Made by a program: the position numbers and the translations under genes. Source: Tubulanus polymorphus (Eukaryota; Animalia; Nemertea). From it: DNA of 64,000 bases. The notes under the pieces were generated by a model. It ran no database searches, was not told the origin of the DNA, and worked only from the letters and a program-made list of their open reading frames with translations. The DNA lies in the NCBI RefSeq assembly GCF_964204645.1, contig NC_134031.1, positions 10,976,088 through 11,040,087 on the forward strand, read 5' to 3'. Shown in pieces: positions 1-12,899 of this stretch (position 1 is its first letter; each line of letters starts with the position of its first letter).

Positions 1-463
1 ATCAACACCATGGTATACAATGTATCAGTGTCAAATACATAGGTTACTATTTTCTGAGGCCTGAAATTATACCCCAATGAAACCCTTACATCCGGCCTTC
101 CGACATATTGGTGGAGAAGTTGGTAAATGAGTGGAAAAATAAATTTTTTAATTGTTCTATTGCTTTGAAATTTTTACTACATAAAGTAAGGATATATGGC
201 ATACAATTTCAGTTGGAATAGATCAGTGCATTTTGCTGGGAGACAGAGCAGTTTATCTGAAACTTTCTTGGATTATGTAACCTTGACCTCAAGTTCATTT
301 ATATCTACATTGTTGGCCCAAAAGTTATCAACAACATGGTATATAAATTTTCTGTGTCGGATACCTTGGTAACTATTCTATGAAGTTTCAAATATACCCC
401 AATAAACCCCTAAATTCCCTCCGGTACAGCAGCAGAGACACTATGTGGTATTGAAAGGGTTAA
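1..463. repeat. End of a probable non-autonomous piggyBac-like element with internal ~326 bp-period direct repeat
   Basis: 1-90 is similar to 327-414; segment ends AAAGGG-TTAA (454-463), the reverse complement of a TTAA-CCCTTT piggyBac-type end; the other end is not in the window. Confidence 0.4.
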
Positions 464-767
464 ACAGTGTATTAATTTCCTTCTCTTTCAATAATCGATC
501 TTTGGGCGATAGCTGTGCACCTGTGTGACGTGACCTCATTTGTACGCGTAGGCTATTTATAGCGACCTCTTCTGCTTGAGATCCTGATTGTTAGTGAAAT
601 ATGGATGTGCCGCATTGGAAATTGACATTACTTTTCAAAATATGGTGATCGTTCATGATGGGCTTAAGATCGCTCTGAGTGCTCGGAAAACGCTTTTAAT
701 TTCAAATAATTTTCTAAATCCACCCCCCCCTTGCGTTTATTCATTTACTGCAGACGTTTCATTTACT

Positions 768-1137
768 GCTTAGCAACAGTACTACGCGAGGCGGGCGCCT
801 GTTGGCAGTAGTGTCTCACACTGCACACACTACAGTGACAGTTATGAATACGCGCGGTTCATACAGTGAAATAAGTTGTTTTGAATGAAATAAACTTTAT
901 CATAGATTTTCATTTAAATTATCATCGGTCCAATTATTATTAAAAAGACTTTGAAAGTGGTACGCATTGGTCTGTCAGAACGATCTGACGTATGACATAT
1001 TTGTTCCTGCCTACCACTGTCTGAGGCGTCCAGTCTCACCATATTGCCCATGGCAGTTGTTAGAGTAGTGGAATAAACAATTTAAATGTTTTCAAAAAAC
1101 TGTACCTTGAGAGCACAGGACCTTTGGTCCTCTAGTT
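768..1137 (+). mobile_element. Non-autonomous Helitron/Helentron-like interspersed repeat (second copy at ~18725-19569)
   Basis: Colinear similarity with 18725-19020 and 19405-19569; ends in hairpin GGACC-TTT-GGTCC followed by TCTAGTT. Confidence 0.55.
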
Positions 1138-1319
1138 TATAGAAACTGAAGCATAAACCACCCTTTTGTACTGGGGAATAAAATGATAGATGAATAAAGT
1201 GAGTAGAAACATGAATTATGAATTAGAAACATCAATACGTAAACATATTTGCTGCAACTGATTTCTGCTGCTATTTTGATGTGAAATTCAATAAATTACC
1301 AAGTTATTAATGATAGACT

Positions 1320-1456
1320 GGGACTTTTTTCCTACGTTACAAATGGGACAATTTTTCCGGGGACATTTTTTCCAGGAATATTTTTTCCCTGGGACATTTT
1401 TCGGGGTCATATTTTCCGGGACATTTTTTTGGGGACATTTTTTCCTGGGACATCTT
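1320..1456. repeat. Minisatellite, ~19-20 bp unit GGGACA(T)nCC
   Basis: Repeated gggacattttt units; explains spurious ORFs 1310-1516 and 1337-1597. Confidence 0.85.
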
Positions 1457-3210
1457 TACCGTATACTGGGAAGGAGCGGCTTTACTTGGTGTACTACAGT
1501 ACGATGTTCTGATTGAAAAGGGTGACAAGTCTCCTGGGGATACGAGGTTTTGAAAGAAATAACAATAAAGGCCTGTCAGATAAGGTACATATACCATGTT
1601 TATTCAACATAGATTAGTATAAAAAGGATATTTTGAGCCCACGTGTCTGCAACAATTTGTTTTATGACAAAATTTGCAGACCCTATATACCTCGGAAATC
1701 GCATACCTCAGAAAAAATTTTGCAGTCCCAAGAATTCTGAGGTAACAAAGTGTGCCGTATTTCCAAATCGACTGGGAATTGACCAACATATACATAGCCT
1801 ACATGCTGCTGGATGCATAGCGGTCCTTGAAAGTCATGGAGACTATGAACCCTGTACATTTATATCTTAGGTGTATCCGACTTACGCTTATACTATAGCA
1901 ACTCGGTTTTCCTAAGTTGAAAGGGGAACGTAACTGACGGCAATTAACAACCAGACAACCGATGTAGAATATTCGATATAGCAGTTTTATTAGGCCAGCC
2001 GTAGGCTGAGCCTATTACTATACAAATGGAGCGAATTTAAATGACATGGTTTCCAGAGCAAAGCCTCTTTGAATGTGCAACTGAGCATATATTCATTCAG
2101 ATCATTCATTGAAGCATTATCCATTCTACAAACTCTCCGTAGCTGAATTTTGAAAGAGGGCCTCGTTAAAATTTATATGAGCTTTTTCGCGAATATCTAA
2201 TCGCAAAAATATAGGTTTTGAAAAGCCAATCAGAAAGCTAAGACTATGATAGGCTTAGCCGCAGAAATCAGCAGGTGTTCACGTGAACCTACGGTATCGT
2301 CTACCGTTTACTTCCGGGTTTTATTTTAAGATCTAAAATTGTATTTCAAGATCGATTTCTGTGAAAGCTTTTAGTTGATTTGGTTTTTGGGAGGAATATT
2401 TTCATTAGCACTACAGGAAATATCATTGACCATTGTGCCAAGTCCAAAAAATTGCTTTTTCTCAAATTGGATAGATGACCTTGATATGCTAATAAGCCAT
2501 GTGCTCAAACTACAAATTCAATCCAATTTTATTCTGCAAAAAATATCAAATCCAATTCAATTTAACTTTATTGAACAAATAAAAACCTCAAATCCAATTC
2601 AATTTTGTTTTTATTGAGCAAATTCAATTCTATTCCGCATTGAAATCAATAAGACCAAGGGGAAAGATTTATCTGAGGTATTTGTTCCTGCCAGATCCAG
2701 TCGCTGTCTGGGCTACTTTTGTATTCTACGAGTGTAAATTATTAGATATTGACTCTGTGCTGGGAGTTAGTCAGTAATCTCACTGTGGTTTAATTTCACG
2801 ATCGGATATTTTCATGTTGGTATAAGCTCATCCGATTATAGAAAGCTTAAAGTAACTAAGCTTGGAGTGTATTTTGACAAATTTAACCCATAGAATGCAT
2901 CATCATTTCTCATTTTATGAAAAGCTGACAGGCTGACCATAGTGCCCCTTGGGGCTCTTGTTCTGAATCCAAAGTCGAGATATCCAACTTGGTTGACAAG
3001 GGTACAATTTCTTATGGTTCATAACATTCATATCACATTTATACACATACATAATACTTAAACAAAGACAGTACAATATGTTTCACACTAGAATAGCTAT
3101 GAATGAGCCAGAGACAATTCAAGTTGAGACCGCCAGTTTGATTTTGGCAAAGACAGGCATTGTCAGGTGTACACCCGATTGACACTAATCAATAAACAAA
3201 CTGGTTATAA

Positions 3211-5755
3211 CTCTTTGCACTCCAAGAACTCGAGCTTGGCGCGACTCCCCATATCCGGGCGTTTTCGGCAAAAATACCCAAAATTCAAAATAAGATATCT
3301 TAAAAACTACTTACCCCAGTTAGTTGAACTATATCTCATTTGAAAGATCTCCTATTCTTCTTTCTATTGATATATAAAACTTATGAAGTGAATGTCTACA
3401 GTAATCCACAGTAATCCATATTTATTTTGATATTTTGGTATATTACGAGTCCATAAATTACTGGCACAAAATTGCTTTCTCTTGAATCATATAGTTTATA
3501 TCATATAATGTAATTTTCAGCTACCACATTAGAAATCCAGCTTATAAACAATAACTTAACACTCCTATATACACTTTGAGTACCCGATTTATATATTTCC
3601 AAGTGGTAATGCTTCACGGTATGATATTCACCAAAGCACGGTACCGGACAAAGAACAACGCCACACTGTTCACACCAATACATTGTTTCCTTCCTCTTAG
3701 AGTCACCTCTCTGTGTATTCTGTACTCTATGTGCATGTACTGATTTAGCATAGCATACTTTACATTGCCTGGTTGGCTTTTGTTTTTTTTCTGTTGGAGG
3801 AATGACTGAAGGGAAATGTCGAGCTATAAGTCGGGTAACATCGCCGTCTCCAACTGGTGCTGGAACATTGTGCATATCTTCACCTGCAGACTCAACAAGT
3901 CCTTCACATACATCAATCAGGAATCGCTTTAGACCAACTGTAGACTGTCTGTTTGTTACTAAAACTTTATTGTAGATACAATGTGAATTGACCAATGCCA
4001 AATAGAAGAAATGAAAGAATAATTTCTTCCACCATTTCAGCGTCTTGCGGCGAAAGGCATAGTACTGCATCATTTGATCAGAAAAGTCCACACCTGACAT
4101 ATACTCGTTGTAATTCTGGACTACCACAGGTTTTTGTTAAGCCTTTCTACCACCTGGGGCCCTAACCATTACCTCTTGTGTGCTACTATCGTCTGTGTAG
4201 ACAACATCAAAACATCTTTACGATCTTTCCATTTCAAACAAAGTAGAGCGTCGCGACGAAAGGCAACAATGTCTCCTTTATTTCGAAGAGGCTCCTTTAT
4301 ATTTGGTGGGCCTGTCCCTGTGGCAACTGTTTGTCTTCTCCATAGTTCATCATACAACTTTGGGCTACTATAGTAGCGATCCATGTAAACTATGTGGCCC
4401 TTGTAAATACAGTTCACATAGATCCATCACTGTGTGGTAGGTGGCATCCTGGGTCACTGCAACCTCTCTCCCAGTACAGACCTTGAATTCGAAACAGTAC
4501 CCCTTATTAGGCTCACAAAGTTCATGCCCCATTTCTCAGGCTTGTCTTTGTTGTACACGCGAAATGACAGACGAACTTTGAAACCGCATGTGGCTTCATC
4601 TTGGCTGATATGTTGCATAGGGTTCACAGCTTCCCTAAATTTTGTTTGAAAATGGTCCACAATAGGTTTTACTTTGAACAGAGGATCATGTCCATCCTGC
4701 CCTCTAGGGACATAGTTGTCATTATCGGCAACATGCAGCATCCACAGAATACTAAGCCACCGATTATGAGGCATAAGTCGACTGGCAAATGTCGTTTTCA
4801 AGACATCACACGAACTCCAGTTGTCTTGTAATTCGGGTTTATGGACCAGTCCCATATGTAGAACTATGGCAAAAAACAATTTCAACTCAGCTATTGTTAG
4901 TGTTTGCCATGTGTCTATGTAACTGTTTGGAGAGCGGACACCTGCTGCACGTTTCTTCTGTCGGCTGTATTTGTTCGTCTGTTGTTTCAAATGAGTAAAA
5001 AGATCATTATCCTAAAATTGTGACACAACTGTTAGTGCACTGGGGATCTCATTCCCAAAATCTATATTCTCTCCAGGTTGTCCAGTAAAAACCGGCTGAG
5101 CCCAGATATCGACATTTCCAGTCCAGTTGTTTTGAGGAAGAGCTACACGTCCAACACCACGACCACGGCCGTGACTTCACGACCAGGAGGTTGACCAGCA
5201 ATAGGCCCACCACGTCCACCCTTTGCCCATGGCCACGTCCATTCCTTTAACCACGGCCACGTGTGTTATCATTTACTGGGTTAGGCCTTTGGCGTTTTGG
5301 TGAAGCAGCCCTTTCATTTTCACTGCTGGAATAATTTGAATCATCAGAATAATTTGATAAATTTAGATCTGCATCGAGTCAGATGTATAAGAATTTTCAT
5401 CAGATTCATCACCTTCATCTCCAGACCTACTAGTTTCATCTAATTCTGATACGTCTAGTTCGTCTAAAACCTCTCTTGCTGAAATAATTGTCTTTCTCTT
5501 GAAGCCATTTTGACAGTATTTCCGGGTTTTCTGGGGATTCCCTGATATGCTGTAAGTTCATGATTAGTACAGTTTACTCAAGAAATGCATTAAATAGTGT
5601 CTAAGGTTACTTTCAGATGGCAGCACTTCATGTTGAAACATTCTTCGCGGGTAGGTATTGAATTGAATTGAAAAAACGTCATCTCGTATATATCCGTGAC
5701 TAGATGCTCAGGACTGCTTTGCTATCACGGATATATCCGAGACCAGTGCAAAGAG
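3211..5755 (-). mobile_element. piggyBac DNA transposon, full length, decayed
   Basis: TIR CTCTTTGCACT (3211-3221) / AGTGCAAAGAG (5745-5755), flanked by ATAA and TGAA (each one mismatch from TTAA); subterminal inverted repeat 5682-5742; transposase inside. Confidence 0.85.
3501..5508 (-). pseudogene. piggyBac (PGBD4-like) transposase, frameshifted
   Basis: Fragments DPLFKVKP, KPEKWG, VYMDRYYSSP, YNEYMSGVDFSDQ, KWWKKLFF and C-terminal Cys-rich domain (CKVC...CEQCGVVLCPVPCFGEYH) over several frames; acidic N-terminus from ATG at 5508. Confidence 0.9.
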
Positions 5756-6179
5756 TGAAATTATGAATGACTTTAGTGTCTGGTTATCTATGTCTAAATA
5801 GATCCCTAATTCGTAGTTGTTATAACTGTGGTACAGTATATTTTGATAATTTGATTCATTTATTTTTTTAGGTACACCATATATAAAGATCACATCAAGT
5901 TAGAAGACTGTATCCTTAAAAAGTATTGTATTTATTCATATCTATGTTCCTGTCCTGAATGTTGCTGTCACTCAAAAATGGGAGAAAAAATTATACATAA
6001 TTGATTTCTACATGCATTGTGAAGCATTTTGATAGATCGCATCACTAAAGATCCTGATTTGTGCTATTAAGAACTGAATCTTAATGTGATTAGTTGACAT
6101 GCTGAACAAAATAACAGAGATAAGAATATATCACTGTTGATTAGATAAAAGACAAAATGTTATATCCATCTTTGAAATT

Positions 6180-6990
6180 CACTTTTGAATGGGAACAAAA
6201 TGACCAAATTCCGTTTTAGATGATCTTATTCACAATAAATATTCTCATTTGATTTTCTCAGTCTACCGTAAACCTATCAACGCCGAGGCATACCTCCACT
6301 TCTTTTCGGTAACTGCTAAATCAATCAAAATTGGTCTCGCTCAAGGCCTCTTTCTCCGTGCACTACGGATATGCGATGAAACCTTCCTTTCAGCTGAATT
6401 TGACCATATACCAGGGTATCCAACTCTCTTAAGAAATTGGCTAACCCTGATGACATTATGAAAATCGCTATTTCTAAAGCTAAACTTACTTTCTTCAATC
6501 CTAAACCTCCAGAAAATAAAAAACACATTTCAAAGGTCATTGTAGTTCCATATGTACCTGTTTTGGAAAAGTTTCGTCACTCTCTCCCTTTATTGGATAA
6601 ACAAATCATTTTCACATATGAAAACAAAATTAGTAAGACTTTGGTTAAAAACAATCAATCTAAACCTTTGGACTGCAGAGTTCACAAAATTCCTTGTTTT
6701 GGCTGTGATAAAATGTACTTTGGAAAAACTGGTCATGAATTAAAAACTAGAATTTCGGAGCACAAAAAGGATATTGTAAATAAAAAACCGGCTAGTGGCG
6801 TAGCCAATCATGTTTGGAACACTGGTCATCATTTTAATTTTTCATAAAGCCAAAATTATTTATAATTCCAGCAATTACACTAAACGCCACATAGTTGAGT
6901 CTGCCCTAATTACTCGTCACTCAGATATTAGTATCAATTTGAATAATGGCTTTTCTCCGCACATTTCCCTCTTTCTAGGTATATTACTTC
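6180..6990 (+). pseudogene. Penelope-like retroelement fragment (RT C-terminus/thumb plus GIY-YIG endonuclease)
   Basis: VYRKP..YLHFFS, FLRALRIC, VPYVP, VHKIPCFGCDKMYFGKTG..LKTRISEH, R.IVESALI. Confidence 0.85.
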
Positions 6991-7439
6991 ATGCCTTGCC
7001 AAACACTAATTATTCACTCACTCACCAATTTACTCAATTAACCTGTTCTCCTCTGTATACTCATCACCACAAGTAATTTTTTTTTTCTAATAAATGGGTA
7101 AAGTATCAGCAAATTTAAGTTACTGTAATGTTAGTACAACGTGAGAATTTAAAGTATTTTTACCCGATAAATGGGTTTCATTGAGTACAGAGGAATTAAA
7201 AGATTAAGAAGGATTTAAAATAATTTACCATGGGAAAAATGAAGACGGGCATCATGATTTAGAAGTTGTTGATTAAAAAAAATAAATTGATAATAAAATT
7301 AATTAAATATTAGGAATCCGAAATGACTTATCTGGAAAATTTAATTGCTCCCCATAGATAGACAAAAGTAGTGAGATATTTAATTAATTAAAAATGAAAT
7401 TATTTTTTTTTTCCTTTTTCTAAAATATTAATCCATTTC

Positions 7440-8339
7440 TTATATTGTGAATTTTGGAATTTCAGAAGTATTTTCATTTTTGATAGCAGTTTTAGAATTA
7501 TTAATATCATAAATTTTATTTGATTTTTTATACCAACTACACCCAATCAAAATGAACACAATTACAAATCCAGTTGTAAAATATTTATCAAATATTCTAT
7601 TATCAGAGGGAGTAGAAATAACAATATTTTCACCATTTTTATTAACATCTTTATTATTTATTTTTTCTTTTATAGCTTTTTTAAATTCTCTTGATTTAAT
7701 TCCTAATTGCCGAGACCATTCAATTTGTTTCTGTGATCTCGGTTTTTTCTTCACAGTTAATCCTTTCACCTCTTCCACCCTGTCATTTATTGTAGAAAAA
7801 TCTTTACTTTCAATATTTGAGAATGTTATAAATCCAGTGGATAATAATGTCATAAATCCACCTTATTGAAATGATAAATATCCAATCCATTTATTTAATT
7901 CAGTCTTAACTAAATAATCATTTTTTAAATCGGAACATATTCTATTTTCATCTTGAATTGGTAGCATATATTAACATAATTGACTATAACCTTTTACTAC
8001 ATTTCCTGATATTGCATCATTAATTCTAGCTATTCTCGCAGTTTCATAAATCTTAAATAATGTAATAATTTCATCTTATTTCATTGTATCTAGTTCATTA
8101 TAAGTTAAATTTTTACTAATAAAACTTTTACATTTCCCAGATGCTATTAATATTTCTAATTGATGTTTGCAATAAAGATAATATTCATAATTATTGTTTG
8201 TAATAATATCATTTAAAGCACCATTATTATCTGGTGTTAATTTTGTTTCTGTTATACCTAAATCATCCAAAGTTTTTTCAATTGGAACATCACTATTTTT
8301 AGATTTTATTTTCTTTACACCTCCCTTATATATACTCAA
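7440..8339 (-). pseudogene. Two conserved type-A Polinton accessory genes (homologs of 39004-39890 and 60985-61890)
   Basis: Shared YEYYLYCKH.LE.LIA and KKPR..KQ.EWS motifs; C-terminal TM helix. Confidence 0.75.
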
Positions 8340-8711
8340 AAAAATTAATTGTGTTGTTGCAACTAGAATTTAACTACAATGTAACTAAAAATATACTAGA
8401 TTAACAAGCTAGTTGAAATATCATTGTTTTTATTTATTTCTTGTTGAATTTTATTTGATTTTTGTTTCAACTACCAATAACTAGAATCAACTAGAATGTA
8501 ACTAAAAATATACTAGATTAACAAGCTAGTTGAGTTTAAATAAATTCATATTTAAATGGGTGTTGTAATCAAAATAGTTATTTTCGAAATAGTAATCGAA
8601 ATAGTCATTCATTGAATTTATCTGGCCATCCAACCCATTTTACTAAAGAATATTTTTTCTATTAACAGTTTTTGTTTTTAATACTTTTTCAATTTTATAT
8701 TCTTGTTCTTG

Positions 8712-9951
8712 ATTTTTGGCGAACCATACTTTTGCCTATGCAAACCGTCTGATGAAGCTGTTTTCATTGAAAATGAATAGAGTACCGGTGTGTCAACAAG
8801 GCACAAACATTGGCTGTTGAACCAATAGTGTTGATTTTTGGTGTCATGGTTTGGCTTAATGAGTTCTAGAGCCCACAAAAATTTCATAGTGATCGAGTTA
8901 TCTTTAGGGGACTTATACTTGAAAAAAACGCAAAAACCCTGCTTTTTGCACTAAGTAACGGCACTTAATAAGATAAAATCCCACTATTTACAGATTAAAA
9001 GAATTTAAAAAGCAGAATTTATTTATTAAATCTTAAATATATAAAAGACACGACGTTTCGATCTCACCCTAGAGATCATATTCAGGTGTGACGATGATCT
9101 CTAGGGTGAGATCGAAACGTCGTGTCTTTTATATATTTTAGATTTAATAAATAAATTCTGCTTTTTAAATTCTTTTTATCTGTAAATAGTGGGATTTTAT
9201 CTTATAATCCGTTCACCACGTTTGAGTTTGGTCATCGTTCTATTAAGTAATGGCACGTTTTTACATATGACAATTTGCATGCTTGGAATTGAAATATATA
9301 AAAGTTCAATCCTTCCTGGAAGTGTTGCTGTTTTTAGTTCGACTGATCTCAATTAACTTTTCGACCTACAGCCCTCACTTTATAAACCCCTTAAATTTCC
9401 TCGCTTCTATTTATTTGAGTTGACCTTGTAACCTGAGCTACAATGAATGTGAGATATACGGGGCATTCCGGGAATTTTGCCGTTTCTGATGTCATTGGGA
9501 AAGCCCATTGGGAAAGCCTAATGTGAAACCCAAAACAAAATGGCGCGCATTTTATTGTATTTGTTTTGATTTCTAGAAAAAAAGTCTGTATATGTTTGTA
9601 TTTTTTACATTTTGTCGATGGATGGATTCTGACTTGTGAAATTGCGGTCAATCTAATATTGCATCGCTAGTACATTTGTATATACGCGCGTCAGCTGTCA
9701 GCCGTGTGTGTGCGAATATAGGTTACAGTTTGTGGTGTGTTAGTAATCACCTGAGCGAGTCTATATTGGCAATTATAGTATACACAATTCAAATCAATTC
9801 TTTGTACACAGCACTCTCACACATCTGCAGGCGCATAAATTGTCAGCCTCACATACTTTTCTAATCCAAATTTATTCATATTTAGTATAATATTTTTGAC
9901 AATATATGCACTCAATGATTTAATGGTAAGCCACAGGGCCATTGGACCTTT
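8712..9951 (+). mobile_element. Non-autonomous Helentron-like (HINE) insertion
   Basis: Subterminal IR TGGCGAACCAT / ATGGTAAGCCA, 3' imperfect hairpin then TTT, inserted in a T run; integrase sequence resumes on either side. Confidence 0.6.
8965..9243. mobile_element. Inverted Penelope-type pLTR insertion (~240 bp palindrome) with hammerhead-like cores and 13 bp TSD
   Basis: Arms 8968-9079 and 9094-9205 nearly perfect reverse complements; TSD TAAGTAAYGGCAC at 8952-8964 and 9244-9256; motif TGACGA-T-GATCTC-loop-GAGATC-GAAAC-GTC. Confidence 0.75.
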
Positions 9952-10467
9952 ATCATTTGTTAAACTTAATTCTTCTTCATAATAGTACCCATCAACTTCT
10001 TCACAATCTAAATCTTCTAATTTATAGACATGGTTTTGTTGTTATTACCTTTTATATATTTCTCTAGTAAAATTACGATCGTATCCTTTGTCAAATATCT
10101 TTTTATACTTTCTAACATTATTTTCTAACTATAAATTCTAACATTTTGACCAACTTTAAATTTAGGTTCACCAAAATCATCTACAAGAAATGCTCCATAT
10201 AAATTATTCCAAACGATTTCAGCATTTTCAGGTTTTCTAGCATCAATAGGTTTCATTCCAATAGAAGAATGATAAGAATTATTATAACCTTCTATAAAAA
10301 TAATATGGTAATTATAACCTTCTGTAAAATATTACCACATTCTTGTTCTTAATGTTCTATTAAATCGTTCAACTGCTGCTTTTTTATCCGATTTTGTTGA
10401 AAAATATTCAATATTATGATAATCCAAGAGTTCATGAACAGATGAATTATCAAATTCTTTTCCATCA

Positions 10468-10755
10468 TTTGTTGCGAGCGGGGGACTTGGTATCCGCCTC
10501 CGTCCGTCCGTCCGTCCGCATGAGCTTGCGATTCAAGAAGAACCGTTGATAGCAGGACCATGATATTACGTAGTATGATTACCCATAGGGCGAGGATGTG
10601 CCCTATTGATTTTGGGGTCCCAGGACCAAACGTCAAGGTCACTACAGGTCATTCATGTGAAAGCTTGTGAACATGTTTTAAGAGGAACCGTCGATAGCAG
10701 TACCATAATATTCCGTAGTATGATTACCCCTAGGGAGAGGATGTGCCCTATTTCT
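10468..10755 (+). mobile_element. Helentron/pearl-like repeat fragment with (GTCC)n and ~140 bp internal tandem repeat
   Basis: tccgtccgtccgtccg microsatellite, GTCAAGGTCA motif, 10540-10610 duplicated at 10682-10752. Confidence 0.6.
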
Positions 10756-12127
10756 TTTATATTCGATTTTATTTTTTCTTTATAACTTTTCATATTTAAT
10801 TTTGAACTTATGTCGGTTAATACACTTGAACTTAAACCTAAAGCGCCAATTGAGATAGCTAAAGGTGTTAATGGTGAAAATATTGCTAGCAATTTTATTA
10901 CAGAACTAATTGTAACTGAACTACTAATAATGAAATAATATATAATTTTACTTTTTAAATATTTTTTCTTTTTAATTTTCAAATCATTTTCAAATTCTAA
11001 TATTTGTTTTTCCAAATATAATTTTAATTTAGTTTTATTCATATCATGAGGAATAATATCAACATTATCAACTTTATCATCCATTTAATTAGAAAAGAAC
11101 TTACTAATTAGTAAATTTATAAGCAACAAATAATAAAATAACTGTTCCACCTAAAATCCAAATTATTTCATATTGTTGTTGTTCTTTACTTGGTGTATGA
11201 TAATCTGATGATTTAGGTTTGTATAGATGTAATTTTTCTTTATTTGTTACTGCATTATATAAACTCATAGCTTCATCAACTGATTGAAAATCTCTATGTG
11301 TAATTTTCTGATCATATAATTCTTTATTAATATAATCCATGTAATTTTGTCTCTTTTCTCTATATTCTTCTGCTGCTTTATTATATTTCTCTAATGCTAA
11401 GTTGTCTTCTTTGTTCTGCTAATGAATTATTTTTATCAATATGCTAAAATAAATAACCACCACCTGTAAATGCTAAAGCATTAACAATTGCTGATCCTAT
11501 TATCAGTTATAATTGCAGATGCCATTTATTTAGTAAAAAATTATGTATTTATATAGGAGGAATATATTTTTGTTTTTCTAAATAATCGATTGTTGAATTA
11601 GATAAAGTTACTGCTAATGTTATTTTTAAAATATCATTGATATCAAATTTATCAACATTAATACTTCCCATTCTAAATACTTTTTTTAATACCATTGTAT
11701 AACCAACAGTTCCAACTGATAGTAATGCTCCATTATATAAACCAGTGATTATCCCCTTCTGAACCGCCATTCCTTTAGAAAAAAAATTACTATCTTCAAA
11801 ATATTTTTTGATCTTAGTTATAATTATTTCAACATTTATAGTATTATTAGTTTCATTTCTATATATTTCAGTTATTATTTTTTTATTATCATCAATGATA
11901 AAATCCTCATCTAATTCATAAAATCTTAAAGATTCTCTAATTAAATCAGTAATCTTTTCTACATTGATAGTTTCTTTATTTATTGTTGTTTCATATTCAA
12001 ATGTTGTTTCATTAGAAAATGTAATATTTTTAATACGTGTTATTACATCATTAATATCAAATTTCATTACTTTCTCAAGTTTAAGATCAAATCCAAAACA
12101 TATACTCGGTCCTACTGTAATATTCAT
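10755..12127 (-). pseudogene. Block of type-A small membrane/structural genes (homologs of 29937-31386)
   Basis: High identity of translated ORFs 10653-11084, 11104-11340 and 11549-12127 with 30952-31386, 30528-30940 and 29937-30502. Confidence 0.8.
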
Positions 12128-12144
12128 TAATATAATGAAAAAAA

Positions 12145-12820
12145 TTAATCTCTACATCTTATAACTAATTCATAAATTACAGGAAAGTTATTCAAATCAA
12201 TTAAGTAACCATTATGATTTCTTACTTCTAATTTATAATTATTGAATAGTGAAATACAAGTTTTAAAATCGCACTCAGCTAAATTATAATTATAATTTAT
12301 TTTTGTTCCAAATTGTTTAACATTTTTTAAAGGTAAAATAGTTAATATACTAGAATTACAAATTGTATCTTTAGTTGCTTCGAATGTGTTTGTAAGATCA
12401 ATTAAATTGCAATAAATATAAAATTGTGTAAAGGGCTTAATTCCTAACAATTTAGCTATTGGTTTTTTTACTCAAAATGCATATTTATTTCATTATCAAA
12501 CTTTATTTTGATTTTATCAGAATTAACACTTTTTTAAAAATCTAATGTTAAATCCAGCATCACTACCTAATTTGATCCGAGCTCTTCAATTTCTTCAGAT
12601 AATGTTTCTAGATTATATAATCCTGGTTTTAGAAATAGAGGATGCCATTTATTTATATTTTTAATATGAACTAAAAAGGCTCTATGTTCAATAGTTTTAT
12701 CCGATATATTATAAAAAGAATTACATAAACTTATATTTACTAATTTTAAATCTACACAATTTTTAAATTATCTAATTGTACTAGTAAATTATGTGATTTA
12801 TAATTTGTAAGTTTTCTAAA
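12145..12820 (-). pseudogene. Minor capsid (penton-like) protein remnant
   Basis: SLCNSFYNI, LKPGLYNL, FYIYCNLID, ILP, LIDLNNFP motifs typical of Polinton/virophage single jelly-roll mCP; homolog of 29159-29920. Confidence 0.6.
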
Positions 12821-12899
12821 ATCAACAACTAAAATCAACCACCAAAAAAATTACTTCGAACCACCAAAAATTAATTTTAATAAAATTTTTCCTAAATAA

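Larger units (their letters stand above)
8610..10470 (-). pseudogene. Polinton rve integrase with chromodomain, split by insertion 8712-9951
   Basis: Minus strand reads KAAVVERFNRTLRTRMW, GYYYEEEL, EYKIEKVLKTK..KYSLVKWVGWPDKFNE; homologous to 59093-60062. Confidence 0.8.

Noticed and set aside
1310-1597. ORFs with repeated FFxG / KMSP motifs
   Set aside because: Product of a ~20 bp minisatellite
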